From: Octopus vulgaris
Lineage: Eukaryota
Assembly (NCBI GenBank): GCA_951406725.2
Contig: OX597817.1
Coordinates: forward strand, 130,572,001-130,636,000
DNA: 64,000 nt
Direction of reading: 5' to 3'
The notes under the pieces: model-generated
Database searches by the model: none
What the model was told of the DNA's origin: nothing
What the model saw: only the letters and a program-made list of their open reading frames with translations
Translations under genes and position numbers: made by a program
Shown: in pieces, positions 14,834 through 29,382 of the stretch
Numbering within the stretch: position 1 is the first letter of the stretch
Layout: the number at the start of each line of letters is the position of its first letter

Positions 14834-15404
14834 AATATATATCTTAATTATTCTCATAATTCTCATATTCCAATAATAGATATTCTATTATTCTAATAAT
14901 AGATATTCTACTAAATTAGTAAATTCTAATATTCCAATAATAACTATTCTATTATTCTAATAATTCTAATAATAGATATTCTATTTTAATAATTCTAATA
15001 TTCAGATAATAGATAAGTCCTACATACAGAGTTTACATCTTCCCAGTCCCAGTTTCACTCACAAGGCTGAGGTTTATCAAGTCTATGACAGCATGTGATT
15101 TGCAAGCAAACTTTTTTGACAACTACTGGAGCACGAAGCTCTCCACTTAACTGCAGATTCATGAGATGGTTGTGATCTGTAAACAGTTTTGAGTAGAAAC
15201 TGGAAAGTGATGTGTGAACATACAGATGCAATGCACGTGTCAAAATAAAACAGAAGAGAATATAAATGCAATGTCAAACAAGTAATATGATGATCTACAT
15301 GCCATGTCTGACAACACTATCATGCAGCTTTGCTGCAGTTTTCTTGTTTAGCCACACCACACAGTTATATCTGTTTGAGCAGCATGAAAGAGTACAATGT
15401 GTGT

Positions 15405-15682
15405 GGAGGCACATGGCCTAGTGGTTAGAGCAGTGGACTCACGGTCAAGGGATCGCGGGTTCAAATCTCAGACCAGGCGATGTGTGTGTTTATGAGCGAA
15501 ACACCTAAGCTCCACACGGCTCCGGCAGAAGATAATGGCGAACGTCTGCTGACTCTTTCGCCACAACTTTCTCTCACTCTTTCCTCCTGCATCTTGCAGC
15601 TCACCTGCAATGGACCGGCATCCCGTCCAGGTGGGGAACCGGGAAAACAGCCCTTATGAGCTAAGCATGGCTCGAGAAGGAA
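15405..15682 (+). mobile_element. tRNA-derived SINE, family C (similar heads at ~16085 and ~34960)
   Basis: A-box tggcctagtgg and B-box ggttcaaatc; the element is flanked by an aaagagtacaatgt direct repeat (~15388-15401 and ~15682-15695), a probable target-site duplication. Confidence 0.75.
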
Positions 15683-17412
15683 AAGAGTACAATGTAGTAA
15701 AGAAGCTGATCAAAAAGTGTATGTAGATTTGAAAGGCATCATTCATTGGTCGATATTGAGGAAGTACAAAGTCTGAAAAATTTATTTGCTTGCACTTCTG
15801 AAACCCTGGCCATGGAGTTAAGAAGTTCTTTTCATAACCCCATGGAATTGCTGCATTTCATCCAATTATGAAACATTTTCAGCAAGTGTCTTTCTACTGT
15901 AGTCTCACCTGGCACAAGCATTGTGAGTAAAATTAGGTAATAGGCAGAAACTCTGCAGATTCATCAGATTGATTGTACTTGGCTGCTGGGTGCCTTTAAT
16001 AAAAAGGTCACTTTGTTGCAAGTGTTTTGATCAAGTTTCTACACTGAGGACCTTGTTTTCTCCTTCCTCCCTGCTTTCTGTAGTGTGGCCTAGTGGTTAA
16101 GTTGTTGGGCTCACAATCATAAGTTCATGAGTTTGATCCCTGGATTGGGTTAGTTTTTTTTTTGTCTTTGAGGCAGATGCTTCACTTCATTTCATGTTGT
16201 CCCAGTCTGAAAATGCTACACCAGTAGTTGGCTGATGCAGCACCTTCTCTCTTGCTTCCCACAATCTTGGTGTGCCATTGAGTCAAAGAACAGGGGAGTC
16301 AAGAGGATGTCTATGTCTGCTCACAACTACATAGGGACCTATGTATATGCTACCAAGCCATGCTTACATGCAAGTGAGAGCTTTTATTTTTTTAATCTTT
16401 TCTTTGTTTTGGTCATTGGGTTTTCAATCAAGTAAATCGACCCCTAATACTATTTTTTTTTAAAGTCTGGTATTTATTCTATTGGTCTCTTCTGCCGAAC
16501 TACTAAGTTATGTAGATGTTATCAAACCAACACCATGAAGATATATACATACACACAACAAACATTATATGATAGGTTTCTTTCAGTTTCCATTTACCAA
16601 ATTCACTCACTTGTCTTTGGTCAGCCTGGGGCTATAGCAGAAAACACTTGCACAAGTCACAACACAGTGGGACTAAACCCAGAGTCATGTGGCTGAGAAG
16701 CAAACTTCTAACCACACAGCTACAACATTACCTGGATTTTTTTTTTTTTCATTTAGTTTGTCCCTAAATGTGGACTTATTCTATTTTAAATATCTGGTTC
16801 AAATATTCTACCTGTTTTATGTTTAAACTGGTCAGGTCTGGCCTGTCTCACTTACCCACTAAAAGTAAGCAATCACATCACTGAAATCACGAAGCTACAA
16901 GACATTACATGATTAATTCAAAACAATGTAAATAAATAAGCATTAACATTTGACAGTAATTTGAATACAAAAGAGTTAACTATTGATATTCAGTTTTTTC
17001 TAATGCTTTTTTGTTAGTTTTTTTTTGGTGGAGGTGGGGGCAAGTGGTTTCATCTTTAGTGAAAAGAGATCATTAGACTACAAAGGGTTAATAAATTAGA
17101 ACTAGAATTTGAATGTATTCTAAACAACTTTAAAAAAAAGTGCCATAGATTAAGATGTCACTTGGAAAGGAAATGACTAGGAAGTCAATATAGAAAGACA
17201 AAGGTTGAAAAAATAGAAGAAAAAGGTTTATCTAAAATCCAAGGAATAAAAAGCTGGTAAAATGAAAGAAAAGAAATATAATTCTCTTATTATTATTCAT
17301 TGCTATCATTGAAGTGCAGTGATGCTGTGGTAGGGAAGCACCTCCTTCTATAGTGTTGCCATTTCAATGTGGTACTTATTTTATTGAATTCTGTCAAGGG
17401 GGCAAATTACTT

Positions 17413-17463
<51 letters not shown>

Positions 17464-18059
17464 TAGAAACAAACAAACACAGACAAAATGTCACTTTATC
17501 TGAATTATTGTTCCCTTGGTGACAAGTTTGATGCAGTATTTATTTCAGTCTGCTACTTACTTTATCCAGCTCCATTTACCTAACTGCTAGGTTGCAGGAC
17601 ATAAAGCTACACAACTTAAACACACACACACACACGCACACACAAGGTAGTTTGTGTGTGTGTGCAAAGGAACAAATTTCTACAACTTGATTATTTAGAG
17701 AGACAAAATACATTGCAATATTTTTCGTTTTTTCACCCAGCTTTGCCTCTAAGCTTTCTCGGATTGATAAAATAAGAACTATTGGTTTTGATTAAACTAA
17801 TTACACTTTCTCCTTCTCCACTGCAAAAACAATTGTTGCTTTATGTTTATCATAATCATCTTTATAATTTTCCATCCACTTTCCATGTTGGCATGTATTG
17901 GACAAGTTATTTCTTTTCTAGATAGTTTTGAGTGTTACATCTTGCTCTTAAGTTTCATTTTTTTTTTGCCTCCATGCTTTGTATGATTGTATATACCCTA
18001 CCTGACACTTACCATATTTAAGGGTATACTGGATGTATTTTTCTTGAGAGAGGCCAATG

Positions 18060-18400
18060 CCTGTCTCGCATAAATAGCACCCATGCTGGAAGCATGTAAA
18101 AAGCACCGTTTGAATGTTTGGCCTCATAGAGGCAGTGACAAGTGACCGAGATCTGGCGTTATACCGTGCTTGAGAAGACCTGTCAAACCAAGCGAGATTG
18201 TAGACATGGCTGATACCAGTGGCATGTAAAAAGCACCCACTACACTTTTGGAGTAGTTGGTATTAGGAAGGGTATCCAGCCATAGAAACTATGCCAAATC
18301 AGATTGGAACCTGGTGCAGCTCCCTAGCTTACCAGTTTTCAGGCAAACTGCCCAACCTATACCAGCGTGGAAAACAGATATTAAATGATGATGATGATGA
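18060..18400 (+). mobile_element. RTE LINE 3' UTR copy (diverged)
   Basis: gtaaaaagcacc modules, ttggtattaggaagggtatccagcc and a (TGA)n tail. Confidence 0.8.
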
Positions 18401-18875
18401 TAACACTAGAAGTCACAATTAAAAGGTCCTCTTCACCACAAACTTGACAGAGTGTAATGAAAGCACTTTATTATAGAGAAGGGGAGAGGTGAGAGAATGA
18501 TGAATGGAAGTACATAAATGATGAGAGGAAATGATGGATGTCAATGCTAAATGGCAAGAGTGTAACAGTGTGTTGGCTACATGTAAACCTGATGTAATCC
18601 CTTATGCATATGTCTCGAGATGCCTGAGAGATCTCAGGTAATAAAATTAAGAAGAGAGTGTGGAGTGTTGTAGAAACTATGAGATGGGTTGAGTGTCATC
18701 CCTAGTTACACTAGAAGCAGCGTTCGGTGAACAGAAGAGATTCACTGCTATTATTAGTCACGCCCGCCTATTTTACCAGTAATTATTCTAAATGGCATAA
18801 ATTTGTTGGCTTCTTTGTTTCTTTTTTCTTTTATTTCTATTTTCAGTAATTTTTAAATTTAAAATCTAATTACAG

Positions 18876-19025
18876 GTGTGATTTGATAGCTGAAAATTTA
18901 CAACAAACATCATATTTGAAGAAAACCTAAAACCACATTCCTGTAAGAGATGAAGATTGCTGTACTGCTAGCAACAAGCTTCATATTTTTGTTGACAGTA
19001 CATCATGTATCTGCTCAATGGGATG
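18876..19025 (+). CDS. L1CAM/neuroglian-like gene, first coding exon (5' UTR plus signal peptide; ATG at 18950)
   Basis: tacag acceptor; in-frame TAA 6 nt before the ATG; encodes MKIAVLLATSFIFLLTVHHVSAQWD, a hydrophobic signal peptide with a VSA|Q cleavage-like site; phase-1 donor gtatgt. Confidence 0.85.
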
Positions 19026-20374
19026 GTATGTATGTGGTTTATTTAATTTTATTTTACATAGCAATTGATAAAGAATAGAAGCATTGGTTATTAGTTTTTG
19101 ATGAGTCAAACACAGCTTCCTTGCATTTACAATGATGAGAGTGACAAGGAAGAGTCTGTTTAATTCAGTCAACTCAGGTCAAACAAATACCACTCATAGT
19201 ATTTTGATCCAAATGCATTTTTAATTTATTTATTTTATTCTTTTTGTCAGTTTTCTGAAATATCAGTTTACTTATATCATTCTCTTTCTTACTTTCACCA
19301 TACTGGTGTGAAGTATATTTAGAAAGTTTTGTGCTTGAATTAGAAATAATTATACAGTAAAGAAAAGGCAACTATTTAGTTTATTTTGGCAAGTATGGGA
19401 GGCAACTCTGGACATGTTTAAGTCTTATTAAAACCACCTCAACAAAATATAGTCTTTGTTATATTTGCCCAAACTGTGACACAAGAATAACTAAGTAGCT
19501 ATGTAGAAGCAAATTTCTTAACCACACAACTATGTCTTCTGGTTTTTTTTTATATATTTATTTGTGTTACTGTCTTTGTATTCTTGGTAGAATTGGCAGA
19601 TTGTTAGACAAAGTCCCTCTTTATATTCTGAGTTCAAATCCAAGCAAGGTTAATATGTTTACCTTTGGTCCTTTTCAGAATTCATAAAATAAGTGCCAGT
19701 TAACTATTAAGTATGGTAGAGGGATCAATATAGTTTACTCTTTTACTCTTTTGTTGAGTATACTCTACTTGATCTTTGTATATAACCATATGTGTTATGT
19801 TTTAAATCGTTATTAAAGATAGAAATTGGCTGGTAGAAATCATTAATTAATGGGCCAAATGGACTGTGTTTGCTATTCAACTATGTCCTTCTATTCCCCC
19901 TTTCAGCCTTTTGATAAGGGTTGATAAAATAATTCCCAGTAATTTAACAATGGAGACAATGAAAGAGGGTCTACATAGATTGTTGAGACTGAATTAGGGT
20001 ATGTTTCAAGAAAGAATTTGCTGTTCTATTAGCAGGCCTAACTATCTTTTTTTGCTTGTGGATATTAAGTTTTGCTCTATCGTAAGTTATCTAGAAATTC
20101 ATGAAGATTTAAATATTGTTGCTGTTTAGTCGCTTGCCAGCCCTGAGTGAGTAAATGTATGGTAGATGTATGATGTTATTCAGCATCAGCTGAACTTTGG
20201 ATATCTTGAGTAGAGTTCATTTAGGTGTGAGGATGGTATGATCAAGTTGCACTGTTTCCTATTGCAACAACTTATCAACTGTTGTTTCTTCCTCTCTTTT
20301 CTTGCCACTAGTCTCGTTAGAGATGAAGAAAACTATCAAAGGCTTCCTTTTCTTAAGTCATAAAAAAAAAGAGT

Positions 20375-20795
20375 ATCATCATCATCATCGTTTAACGTCC
20401 GCTTTCCATGCTAGCATGGGTTGGACGATTTTGACTGAGGGCTGGCAAACCAAATGGCTGAACCAGGCTCCAATCTTGATTTGGCAGAGTTTCTACAAGT
20501 GGATGCCCTTCCTAACGCCAACCACTCCGAGAGTGTAGTGAGTGCTTTTTACGTGCCACTGGCACGGGGGCCAGTCTGGCGGTACTGGCAACGACCTCGC
20601 TCGAATACTTTTACACATGCCACCTGCACAGGTGCCAGTAAGGTGACTTTGGTAACGATCACGCTCGAATGGTGTCCTTTTACGTGCCACTGGTACGGAA
20701 GCCAGTTGGCTGCTCTGGCAACGATCACGCTTGGATGGTGCTCTTGGCACCCAACTAGCACGGGCACAAGTGCCAGTAAGGCGACGCTGGTAATA
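20375..20795 (-). mobile_element. RTE LINE 3' UTR copy
   Basis: Reverse complement of the RTE 3' UTR with several internal modules. Confidence 0.88.
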
Positions 20796-20978
20796 TTCTG
20801 ATATTCTTGTCAAGCATTAGTATATCTAGAACTACATTATTGAATCTGTTTTTCCTTTTATAAGACAAGGTGAAATTTGGGCAATATTTGACCGGTGTGT
20901 CTGGCAGATCAGATGACTCATAGAAGTGCACATGTTGAACCAGAGATTTCATATTTGTTAGACTAATAGAATTGTGTG

Positions 20979-21200
20979 TTAAACCATTCAGATTTCTTTG
21001 TCAAATGAAATGCTTATTTATTCACATTGTTTGAATTGATCACACATTATTTTGTAGCTTCAAAATTTCAATTGTTGTGTTTGTATATTTTTAGAATGAT
21101 ATTGTATGGTAGGTGTGAGAGGTTGGATGTGGTCAGTTTTAACATAAAACCAGTATAATATTTGGGCTGGATTTGACCAGATTAAATGCTAAAGGGTTAA
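20979..21200. mobile_element. piggyBac-like MITE (other copies at ~16785-16979, 26221-26450, 59337-59559)
   Basis: ~220-bp repeat family with ttaaccct..ag / ct..agggttaa inverted ends bounded by TTAA. Confidence 0.7.
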
Positions 21201-21942
21201 GCCAAAAAACAGAATCTTCTTTAGCTTCACCATAGACATTATAACTGTCTTGTTCAAACATACGTATTCTTGTAGCAAAGTATTAGTTGCCATAATGAAA
21301 AAAATATTGAAAAAATTGAAAGAGATGTTACTCCATTGAAAAGAAAGCATGCCTTTGTGTGAAAGACTGACTATGTGAAGTATGTATATGAAAAGTATTG
21401 CTGAGTAATAGTGAGTAGATTGAATGTGAGTAATCTGTGAAAACTGCAGAGAAATGAGGTGGACATGATCTGTTGTATATGAAATTTTATGTTGCATGAA
21501 AATCTAGTGAATTGAAAGAGAGAGAGAAGCTTGATAGTAAAGACTTCATCTGAAGTACGTTGAGGTATGGATATATGATGCAAATGGTTTGTGAATGCAA
21601 GGCAAGAAAATGCTGTGTAGAATATTAATAAAGGCTATTTGTACAGAAAGATGTCAAAAGATTTGACTGAGTTACATCACAATACTAGTGTTGATAGATC
21701 TAATGGAGGACTGAGTCAAGATTAATATACTTTACAAAGGACCTATCCAACACAGACCAGTGAACACAATTTTAGCTTTGGTCTTCTATCTGAATTTGTA
21801 TGCTGGGGAGGTGGGTGTACTGTTATCTTACCCATTACTTAAAATAACAATGAATTTGTACTTGATCTAAAGGTAAGTTGTATTTTGTATGATTTATCTC
21901 CTATATGTATTAATGACTTTGTTTAATTTTCCCCTTCAACAG

Positions 21943-21954
21943 CTTCACCCACAG
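21943..21954 (+). CDS. L1CAM/neuroglian-like gene, 12-nt micro-exon (adds A-S-P-T)
   Basis: ttttccccttcaacAG|cttcacccacag|GTatgt; phase 1 to phase 1, frame-preserving, between the signal-peptide exon and the Ig1 exon. Confidence 0.7.
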
Positions 21955-22514
21955 GTATGTTTTCAGGCATGACATACAAAGGTTTTGGATCCTTTTTTAG
22001 TTGTTTCATAGTAGCTTAACATTTTAGTGAATTTTTAAGTCATTTAAATATATAATTTCCTGCATGTACCCGTTGAATATCCTCTAATGTTAAACGTTTT
22101 CTTTGTTTATCACTATTTTATTTAAATTCTAACCTGTTTACCGGCGGTGGTGGTGGTGGTGTTGGTGTTGTTTGTCTTTGGCTTGTTTACTATAAATGAA
22201 ATGTTGTGTATATGTAAACTCATGACTATTTATTAATAATAATTGCAATAGCTTAATCTAGGAATATTTCTGGTCCTACTGTAAGATTTGCTTAACAGAT
22301 GTGATATACATGGTACAAAAGTAAAGACTCAAAGACAAGGTTAAAAAAAAAAAACAGGGTGTATTAGGTTGATGCTCAGGAAAATTGGATGAAGGCTTTA
22401 ATGCTTCAAGCATACACTCTTTTACAGAAAGGCTAAATGAGGAGAGTAAAAAAATAGAAAAAGAACAAACATCTCTCAGTTAGACAGTCGCTGATTATAT
22501 TTATATCTTTAGCC

Positions 22515-22895
22515 ATGTTTAAAAGATGTGGCATGCCTAAGCATCTCTCATTATGATTAACAGGAAATGTGATTACCTATACTTTACATACCTTACAACT
22601 GTCATGTGCTTATATATATATTGTGATATTTAAAAAGAGGAGATGTCCCTCTGTCATTCTAGTTTGTTCAACAAAGTGTGTGGCGTGTCTATGCATCTCA
22701 CATGTTTAACAGGAAATGTGATGTGCCTATAAATTTTTATTCATGTTTAAAAACTGTGACGTGCTTATACATTTGTGTTTAAAGCATGTGATATGCCTGT
22801 ATGTCTAATATGTTTAACTGGAGGCCTTGTGTGCTTATAATCTTTAGTCATGTTTAGCAGTTGATGTAAATGTACCTATACATGTCAGTCATACC
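22515..22895. repeat. Degenerate ~40-bp minisatellite
   Basis: Recurrent catgtttaa(c/a)a...tgtga(t/c)gtgc(c/t)tata units. Confidence 0.55.
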
Positions 22896-25800
22896 ATTGT
22901 AGAATTCATTCATGCTGCCATCATTTTACATATAATATATATATATAAAACCAAAGAACACAACTTCATCATAGACAGATTCTATCATATAGCCTGACTT
23001 TGATCAGTATCCTTTCAACTAAACATTTTTGAACACTTGAATATTGACAATCATTTTCTCACTGATCTGGGATTTCATTGCTTTATGCTGCCTCTACCCT
23101 CATTTTTCATCATTTTTATGTTGCTTCTGCTTTGTGCTGCTTCTACTAACATCACTGCTTCTAATTGTTGCATTAAAAAAATAATGGTACAATTTTCACT
23201 GCTACAGTTGCTGTCATCTGTCATAGTTCCTTATCGATAAAACCTGAAATCCTGGGCAGTTCTGCCCCTTTTGGAGAAACTTTGTGTCATTTCTTGTTGT
23301 TGTTAAACTCCATTGTGTGTATGGCAGGATGGGGTCGCCACTGCAGCAAGACGCACACCCTCTTCTCTCTCAGTCATACACACACCCCACATCTCTCATT
23401 GCTCTTATAATAAACAGTTACTGTTTGTTTTGTTTTTTTAATTTTCCTTTATGAAGTTCAGATGGCCTCTGGTAGTAAAAGGGTGTGAGTGATTAATACA
23501 TTTAGGTTGTTATGTGTACAACATTACTGTTTCCAGGCAGTGATTCTTTCTCTTTCTCTCTATTACTACCCTCACTCTGCCTCTCAGTTAATATCATCCT
23601 TCTCTGCCCTTAGGCTAACCCTCTCTTCTACTCCTGCTTTCTAGATTCTACAGGACATAGCACATAAGCTAGAAATTCGATGCCTCTGTTTAGATATTGC
23701 AAACTATCATAGTTCACCCATCTCAACTTTGGTTCTCTTAATTAATCCTTATTAACAGCACAAACTTATAAAACTTCCCATTTCCTGTGCCATTTAATCT
23801 AACTGGTTTCCTGCATAAACAACAGGGATTGTAAAGATGGCGGAACAGCTTTAAAATTACAAAGGGGCAAAGATTGTATGTTTTCAAAATGAAATCCTGA
23901 CTTTAATTCTTTAGAATGATTTCTAAATGAAACCATCCTTAGCTGTATAGAAATACACATTGAATGAAAACCAATGCAAAGTTCCACATTGTATTCATTC
24001 AGCAATATTGCATTTCTGTAAGTGCTGAATATTTATTTCTTTTTGACTTGATAGAAGATTTGATCGAATCTTCACCAGTACATAATGGACACTTCATATC
24101 TAGAAGAATGAGAGGCAAAAGCTGGTCCTTTGGAAACCAGATATTTCCTATCTTGGCCATACCTTCTGTTGAATAAAAAAATAAAAAAAAGCTTAATTCT
24201 GAATGTAAATCCTATCTATTAAGCTTCTCTTTGCAAGAAGTTCAATATCTAAACCAAGAATTGTATACACCACATAATCTGGAGAAGTTCTGTTGGGTAA
24301 ATGTTGTAGAATTGAATTTTTTTACAAGTGTCAATCATCATTAGAGTATGGCCATGTAGTAGCACTGCCTTCAAGGATATTAAGTCTGGTAATTCATCAA
24401 TTGCAAAAGGCCAGTTACCAAATGAACTTATGGTATTTATTCATGTATAATGTGAGATATTTTTACAAAAAACGAAAGTCAAAATTGGCAGGTAGCATTA
24501 TACTCAAGTGTAAAAAGATAAAAAGAGGATAAAATATATATTATTGCTTCTTAGGTACAAAAATAGGAGTCAAATTACTTCAGAGATTATATTATATACA
24601 AAGTTCAGTAGTAGTCTTTTCTGTCTTTATTTTCTCTTTAAAAATGACTTCCCGATTTCTCTCCCTCAACAAAGCCTTCTCCCCATCTATTTCCTTCTGT
24701 ACTCTCCACTTGCAGCTAATATTGCTCTTAAATTACTGACTGACTGACTGAATGGTTCACTCACTCACTCACTCATTCCCTCACACTTCATAAATATTAC
24801 CAGCACATTTATGACAATGTGCACATTTGATTGTTCATCATTTTAGCTGGCTTGAAAATACCTTTGCTCTCAAAGTTCCCCACCAAAGGTTTTCATTGTT
24901 TATAGCTGTCATCATTGTTGTTTCACAGCCTTGCAAACCACATTTTTTGCAATAAAGGTTATTCACAGGCAAGTAATCAGGTTGTAAAAATCAAATTTTT
25001 GTAAAATAGAACTCCATGAATATTGCTTGTTCTAGTGTTATTGCTTTAAGGTTTTTTGTGATTTTTTAAAAATCATTTTTTTCTTTTTTTCAATTCTCTT
25101 TTTGCATTTCATTGTGTTGATATGAAGCACATTCAGAAAGTTTAGTCAGTATTAACATACTTGATATAGTAAAAATTAAAATAGCTTATTAAGATTAATT
25201 GTTCAATAAGGAAAAGACAATATTAACACCATACCTAACATTATTTTAAGTATTTTAGCAAATACAGGAGGCAACTTCAGCCTGGTTTTAGTCTTATTAG
25301 ACCTCTACAGTAAAGAATAGACTTCACTGTGTTTACTACAGACAGTGGTAAAAGTTTAACTAAGTTGTATATTATACATGAGTAGCATGAAAAATTAACA
25401 TTTTAAGAAAGAAAAAAAAGTCACTGAGATTAATTACCCAGAGATGCTATCCACATGAGAAAACAATATTTAAGTTGGTGTTAATATATTTAATATAGTG
25501 AGCATTATTAATAAAGAATGGTTACTGCTGACAATGATGCTACAGTGTTGGCTTGCTGGCCTAAGATCAGACAGTTAATATTGTGTGCCTTACTGGCCCC
25601 TCATAAGTGTACCTCCCCTAACCAAAGCACTTGATGCTCAATGAATGACGCAGTTTACACATGTATATATTTTGTAGAATAAAGAGTGCAGTTCATCATT
25701 GTAAACAAGTGGAGCACTATAAATGACAAGAGTTTTATTAGCTTGCAGTGCTATGTTCATCCCATTCTCTTCTGTACAGCTTTTCTTTTTAATGCTTAGT

Positions 25801-27324
25801 CAAAGGATAAAAAACAGTACCTTTGCCTCTTTTACTGGATCACTGATAGGAGGTGTAGAGTAGGAGACCACAACTCATGGCTTGCTCACGGAAGCAGTGC
25901 AGAAAGACCACCATACAGCTGGTCCAAATGTTTACAGCTGTGTGAATTCAGTTAAAAGCATCAGTTACCAGTTAATCAGTTGTAATTACAGTGATAATGA
26001 TTTTGTCAGCTACTTTGTTCCTATGACCCTTTGCTGCCTATTACAATAATGTAACAGGAATAAGGCCCCTATCCCCAATTCATTCAGAAGATGTGATTGA
26101 GAAGTCTTAAATCATTAATTAAATTAGGAACGTTATTGTCTCAAACTGAATGTAAAGGACCAAAGAAATATTTCAAAAAAATATAAATAAAAAGGGTGAA
26201 ACAGGAACACAATTGTATCTTTAACCCTTCAAAATTCAGATTACTCTGTCAAATCCAATGCATATTTATTCATGTTGTTTTCAATTGATCATGCATTATC
26301 TTGGAAACTTGAGATTTTCAATGATGTAATTGTTTATCTCAAAAAATGACATTGTAAGGTAGATGTGAGAAACCAGGTCTGGTTGGTTTGAACATGAAAC
26401 TGGTAGAATATTTGGGCTGGATATGGCTGGTTTAAATGCTAACTGGTTAATATAACATGACTGAAAATAAAGTTGTACTTTTCATGTGTGTGTGTGTGTG
26501 TGTGTGTGTATTTACTGGAAGGACAGATAGATGTATAATCATCTTATCCAAATCTTCAGTTAATACATGTTGAATGTAAAAGTAGATGTTCTCTGATACA
26601 CTGGATTTTGGCATAACAAAATGAGTTGTGGAACTATACAATGAGGTTAGTCAGTTTCACTTTAATCCTTGGCTTATCAATATAGAAAAAAATTTAAGGA
26701 GATAAAATAAATTAAAGTTAATCTGTTTGCTTTCCAGACTTGTCTATCAGCTCAGTTATTGAGGAATAATAGGTCAAAAATTAAAAGTATGTAACCAAAA
26801 AGTGGTATGTTTGTAAATTTTCAGTATGAGACAAGCAACCAAACACTTTGTCTTATTCTAGCCATTGTTTAATGTCTCTGGACAAAGCATACAATTCTGT
26901 ATGGCATAACGTTAATTATGCCCTAGTGTGGCCTTAGCTCTTAATGGTTACAACAAACTAAGGAAGTAAAAAAACACAATTTTTTTTTTATATATAAAAA
27001 AGAAAAATCAATATCCTGTCTTGACTTCATGGATCCCTGATTAGGGCTATGACAAAACATTCAGCAGTATTTGTTTTTGGAATTTTAAATTTTAAAAAAG
27101 AAAAGTATATATTACAGAACAGAAAATCCATTGCTAGCACATAGCAAAAAATATTTTTTTGAACTATAACTTTCAGCCAAATATTTTAAAAGTATTAAGA
27201 ATATTTCTATTATGTAACTATTTTTAATATGATAGCGATGTACATAAAATACATTTTTTTTTCATACATTTCTTTTATTTATAAAGATCCTCATAACCTT
27301 TTGTTTTCCCTAATATTCTTTCAG

Positions 27325-27448
27325 AACGAGAATCACCATTTATCGAAGATACCTTTCCTGATAAAACATTCTTTGTTAACCAGAAACTTACAGAATATTG
27401 GCAAATTAATTACCCGTGTGAAGTCAGCAAGGGAATACCAAAGCCCAA
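27325..27448 (+). CDS. L1CAM/neuroglian-like gene, Ig1 N-terminal half
   Basis: ttctttcAG acceptor, GTgagt donor, phase 1 to 2; encodes ERESPFIEDTFPDKTFFVNQKLTEYWQINYPCEVSKGIPKP with the first Ig cysteine and a G.P.P motif. Confidence 0.87.
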
Positions 27449-28312
27449 GTGAGTATGAGTGTGTATGTGATATAAATCATCGTTGTCGACTTTATCTTGT
27501 ATCAAAGAATTTACCTTCTTCTTTTGCTGAATGCTTCCATTATGGTGATGATATTGCTGACTTTGTAAACCAATTCTTGCATAGAGGAGTTGAGGGCATT
27601 GACTGCATGGAAATGTTGGTGAAGGACAGTTGATTTTGTTGAGCCTTCCCCTCCTGTCATTTGATTTCTTCTTTTTCTCTTCTGATGGCTTTGAAGTTTT
27701 TGGTTCTGATGGTAATGGAAGACCACCACTCAGTACAGCCTCAGGCTTGTGTTTCAAATGATTTTGATTCAATTTCAATGGCTTTTAGTGTTGCTTTGAG
27801 TTGGTCCTTGTATCTTGTTTATCTTAAAATAAGATTGTGATTCCTCTATGAATCTTTTCCAAAAATTGCACACAACTCTAAAATTATTGCAAGATAATGC
27901 ATGTAAAAAAATATCACAGATAGAAGATCAACCTGTAGTATAAATATATATATATATATCATCATCATTATTACTCTGCACACATAAGTGGAAGCAGGGT
28001 ATTGTAATCACTTGTCTTTATCTGTGTGTTTGCAATATTACTGAAAAATGACTGAACAGATTTACACCACATTTGGCAGAAATATTCATTGGGTGAGTGA
28101 CTCAAAATAATGAACATTTGGTTTGATTTTTTTTTTTTTTAAATTAAAGGAAAAAATGAACTTAAAATTTCCTGATAAGCAAGTAGTCATATTATTTTGT
28201 TCACTTTCTTTTTCATATGAATCAACTCTCGTCTGCATGTGTATGGATCATGGTGTACCTTTGCGTGTAGATGTGTGTGTATAGATCATGGTGTACCTAT
28301 TCACATAGACAT

Positions 28313-28605
28313 ATCATCATCGTTTAATGTCCATTTTCTGTGCTGGCATGGGTTGGATGGTTTGACTGAGGGTTGGTGAGCCAGAAGGCTGCACCAGGCT
28401 CCAATCTGATCTGGCAAAGTTTCTACAGCTGGATGCCCTTTCTAACGCTAACCACTCCGAGAGTGTAATGGGTACTTTTACATTCCACTGGCACGCAAGC
28501 CAGTCAGGTGGTACTGGCATTGGCCACGTCCAAATGACGCTTTTTACATATCACCTGCACAGGAGCCAGTCCAGCAACACTGGCAACAACCACACTCAAA
28601 TGATG
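28313..28605 (-). mobile_element. RTE LINE 3' UTR copy
   Basis: Reverse complement of the RTE 3' end. Confidence 0.85.
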
Positions 28606-28608
28606 TTA

Positions 28609-28642
<34 letters not shown>

Positions 28643-29335
28643 CATACATACATATATATATATATTATTCAACCACGGTAGTGGTTGAATATATTCTTTA
28701 AGTCCACCATTTTGTCAATTGCAGCAGCTCCCAAGTTTCACCACTAGTTCAGTTCTCAACTAAATTGCAAACTGTTAACAGTTTTAAAGAGGACACCTCC
28801 TCAGCTACACTTTGGCATAAATAGTTTGGAATTTGGTTCAGTAGAAAAAAAAGTCATATCAAAATATGTTAGACTTCTAGATGGGCAGTAAGGCAGGTAT
28901 TCATCTTCTATTAACATAAATTTTAAAATTTTACAATAAAAGTATACTTTTCTTAGGCTTAAATGATAGGAAAATGCATGAGGAATTCAGAATTGTTAGT
29001 CGCATTGAACAAAAAAAATTAGTAGAAAATGAGTTAGGAGGTAAAATGTCATGAAATGAAAAATAAATAAGGAGGAAATAAGTAAGAGAGTAATGCCCCA
29101 AGCAATAAGAATATATTTCTAAAATGAATGTTTGAATTCTGAGGCAGCGAGCTGGCAGAAATGTTAGCATGCTGGGCAAAATGCTTAGCGGTATTTGCCT
29201 GTCTTTACGTTCTGAGTTCAAATTCCACCAAGGTCGACTTTACCTTTTATCTTTTTTGGATCTATTCAATTTGATGTACTTTTTCCAGGTTTATAATCTT
29301 AAGAATATTACTTTTCATGCTCACATTTTTCCATG

Positions 29336-29382
<47 letters not shown>

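Noticed and set aside
15405-15480. Possible functional tRNA gene
   Set aside because: No proper cloverleaf acceptor stem; it continues into a SINE body flanked by a direct repeat
22390-22432. Minus-strand degenerate hammerhead-like motif
   Set aside because: Both core boxes are mutated; cannot be supported without a family alignment
27229-27778. ORFs 27229-27633 (+) and 27410-27778 (-)
   Set aside because: The real exon (27325-27448) is in another frame; the minus ORF looks like a decayed LINE C-terminal zinc-finger remnant, too degraded to call
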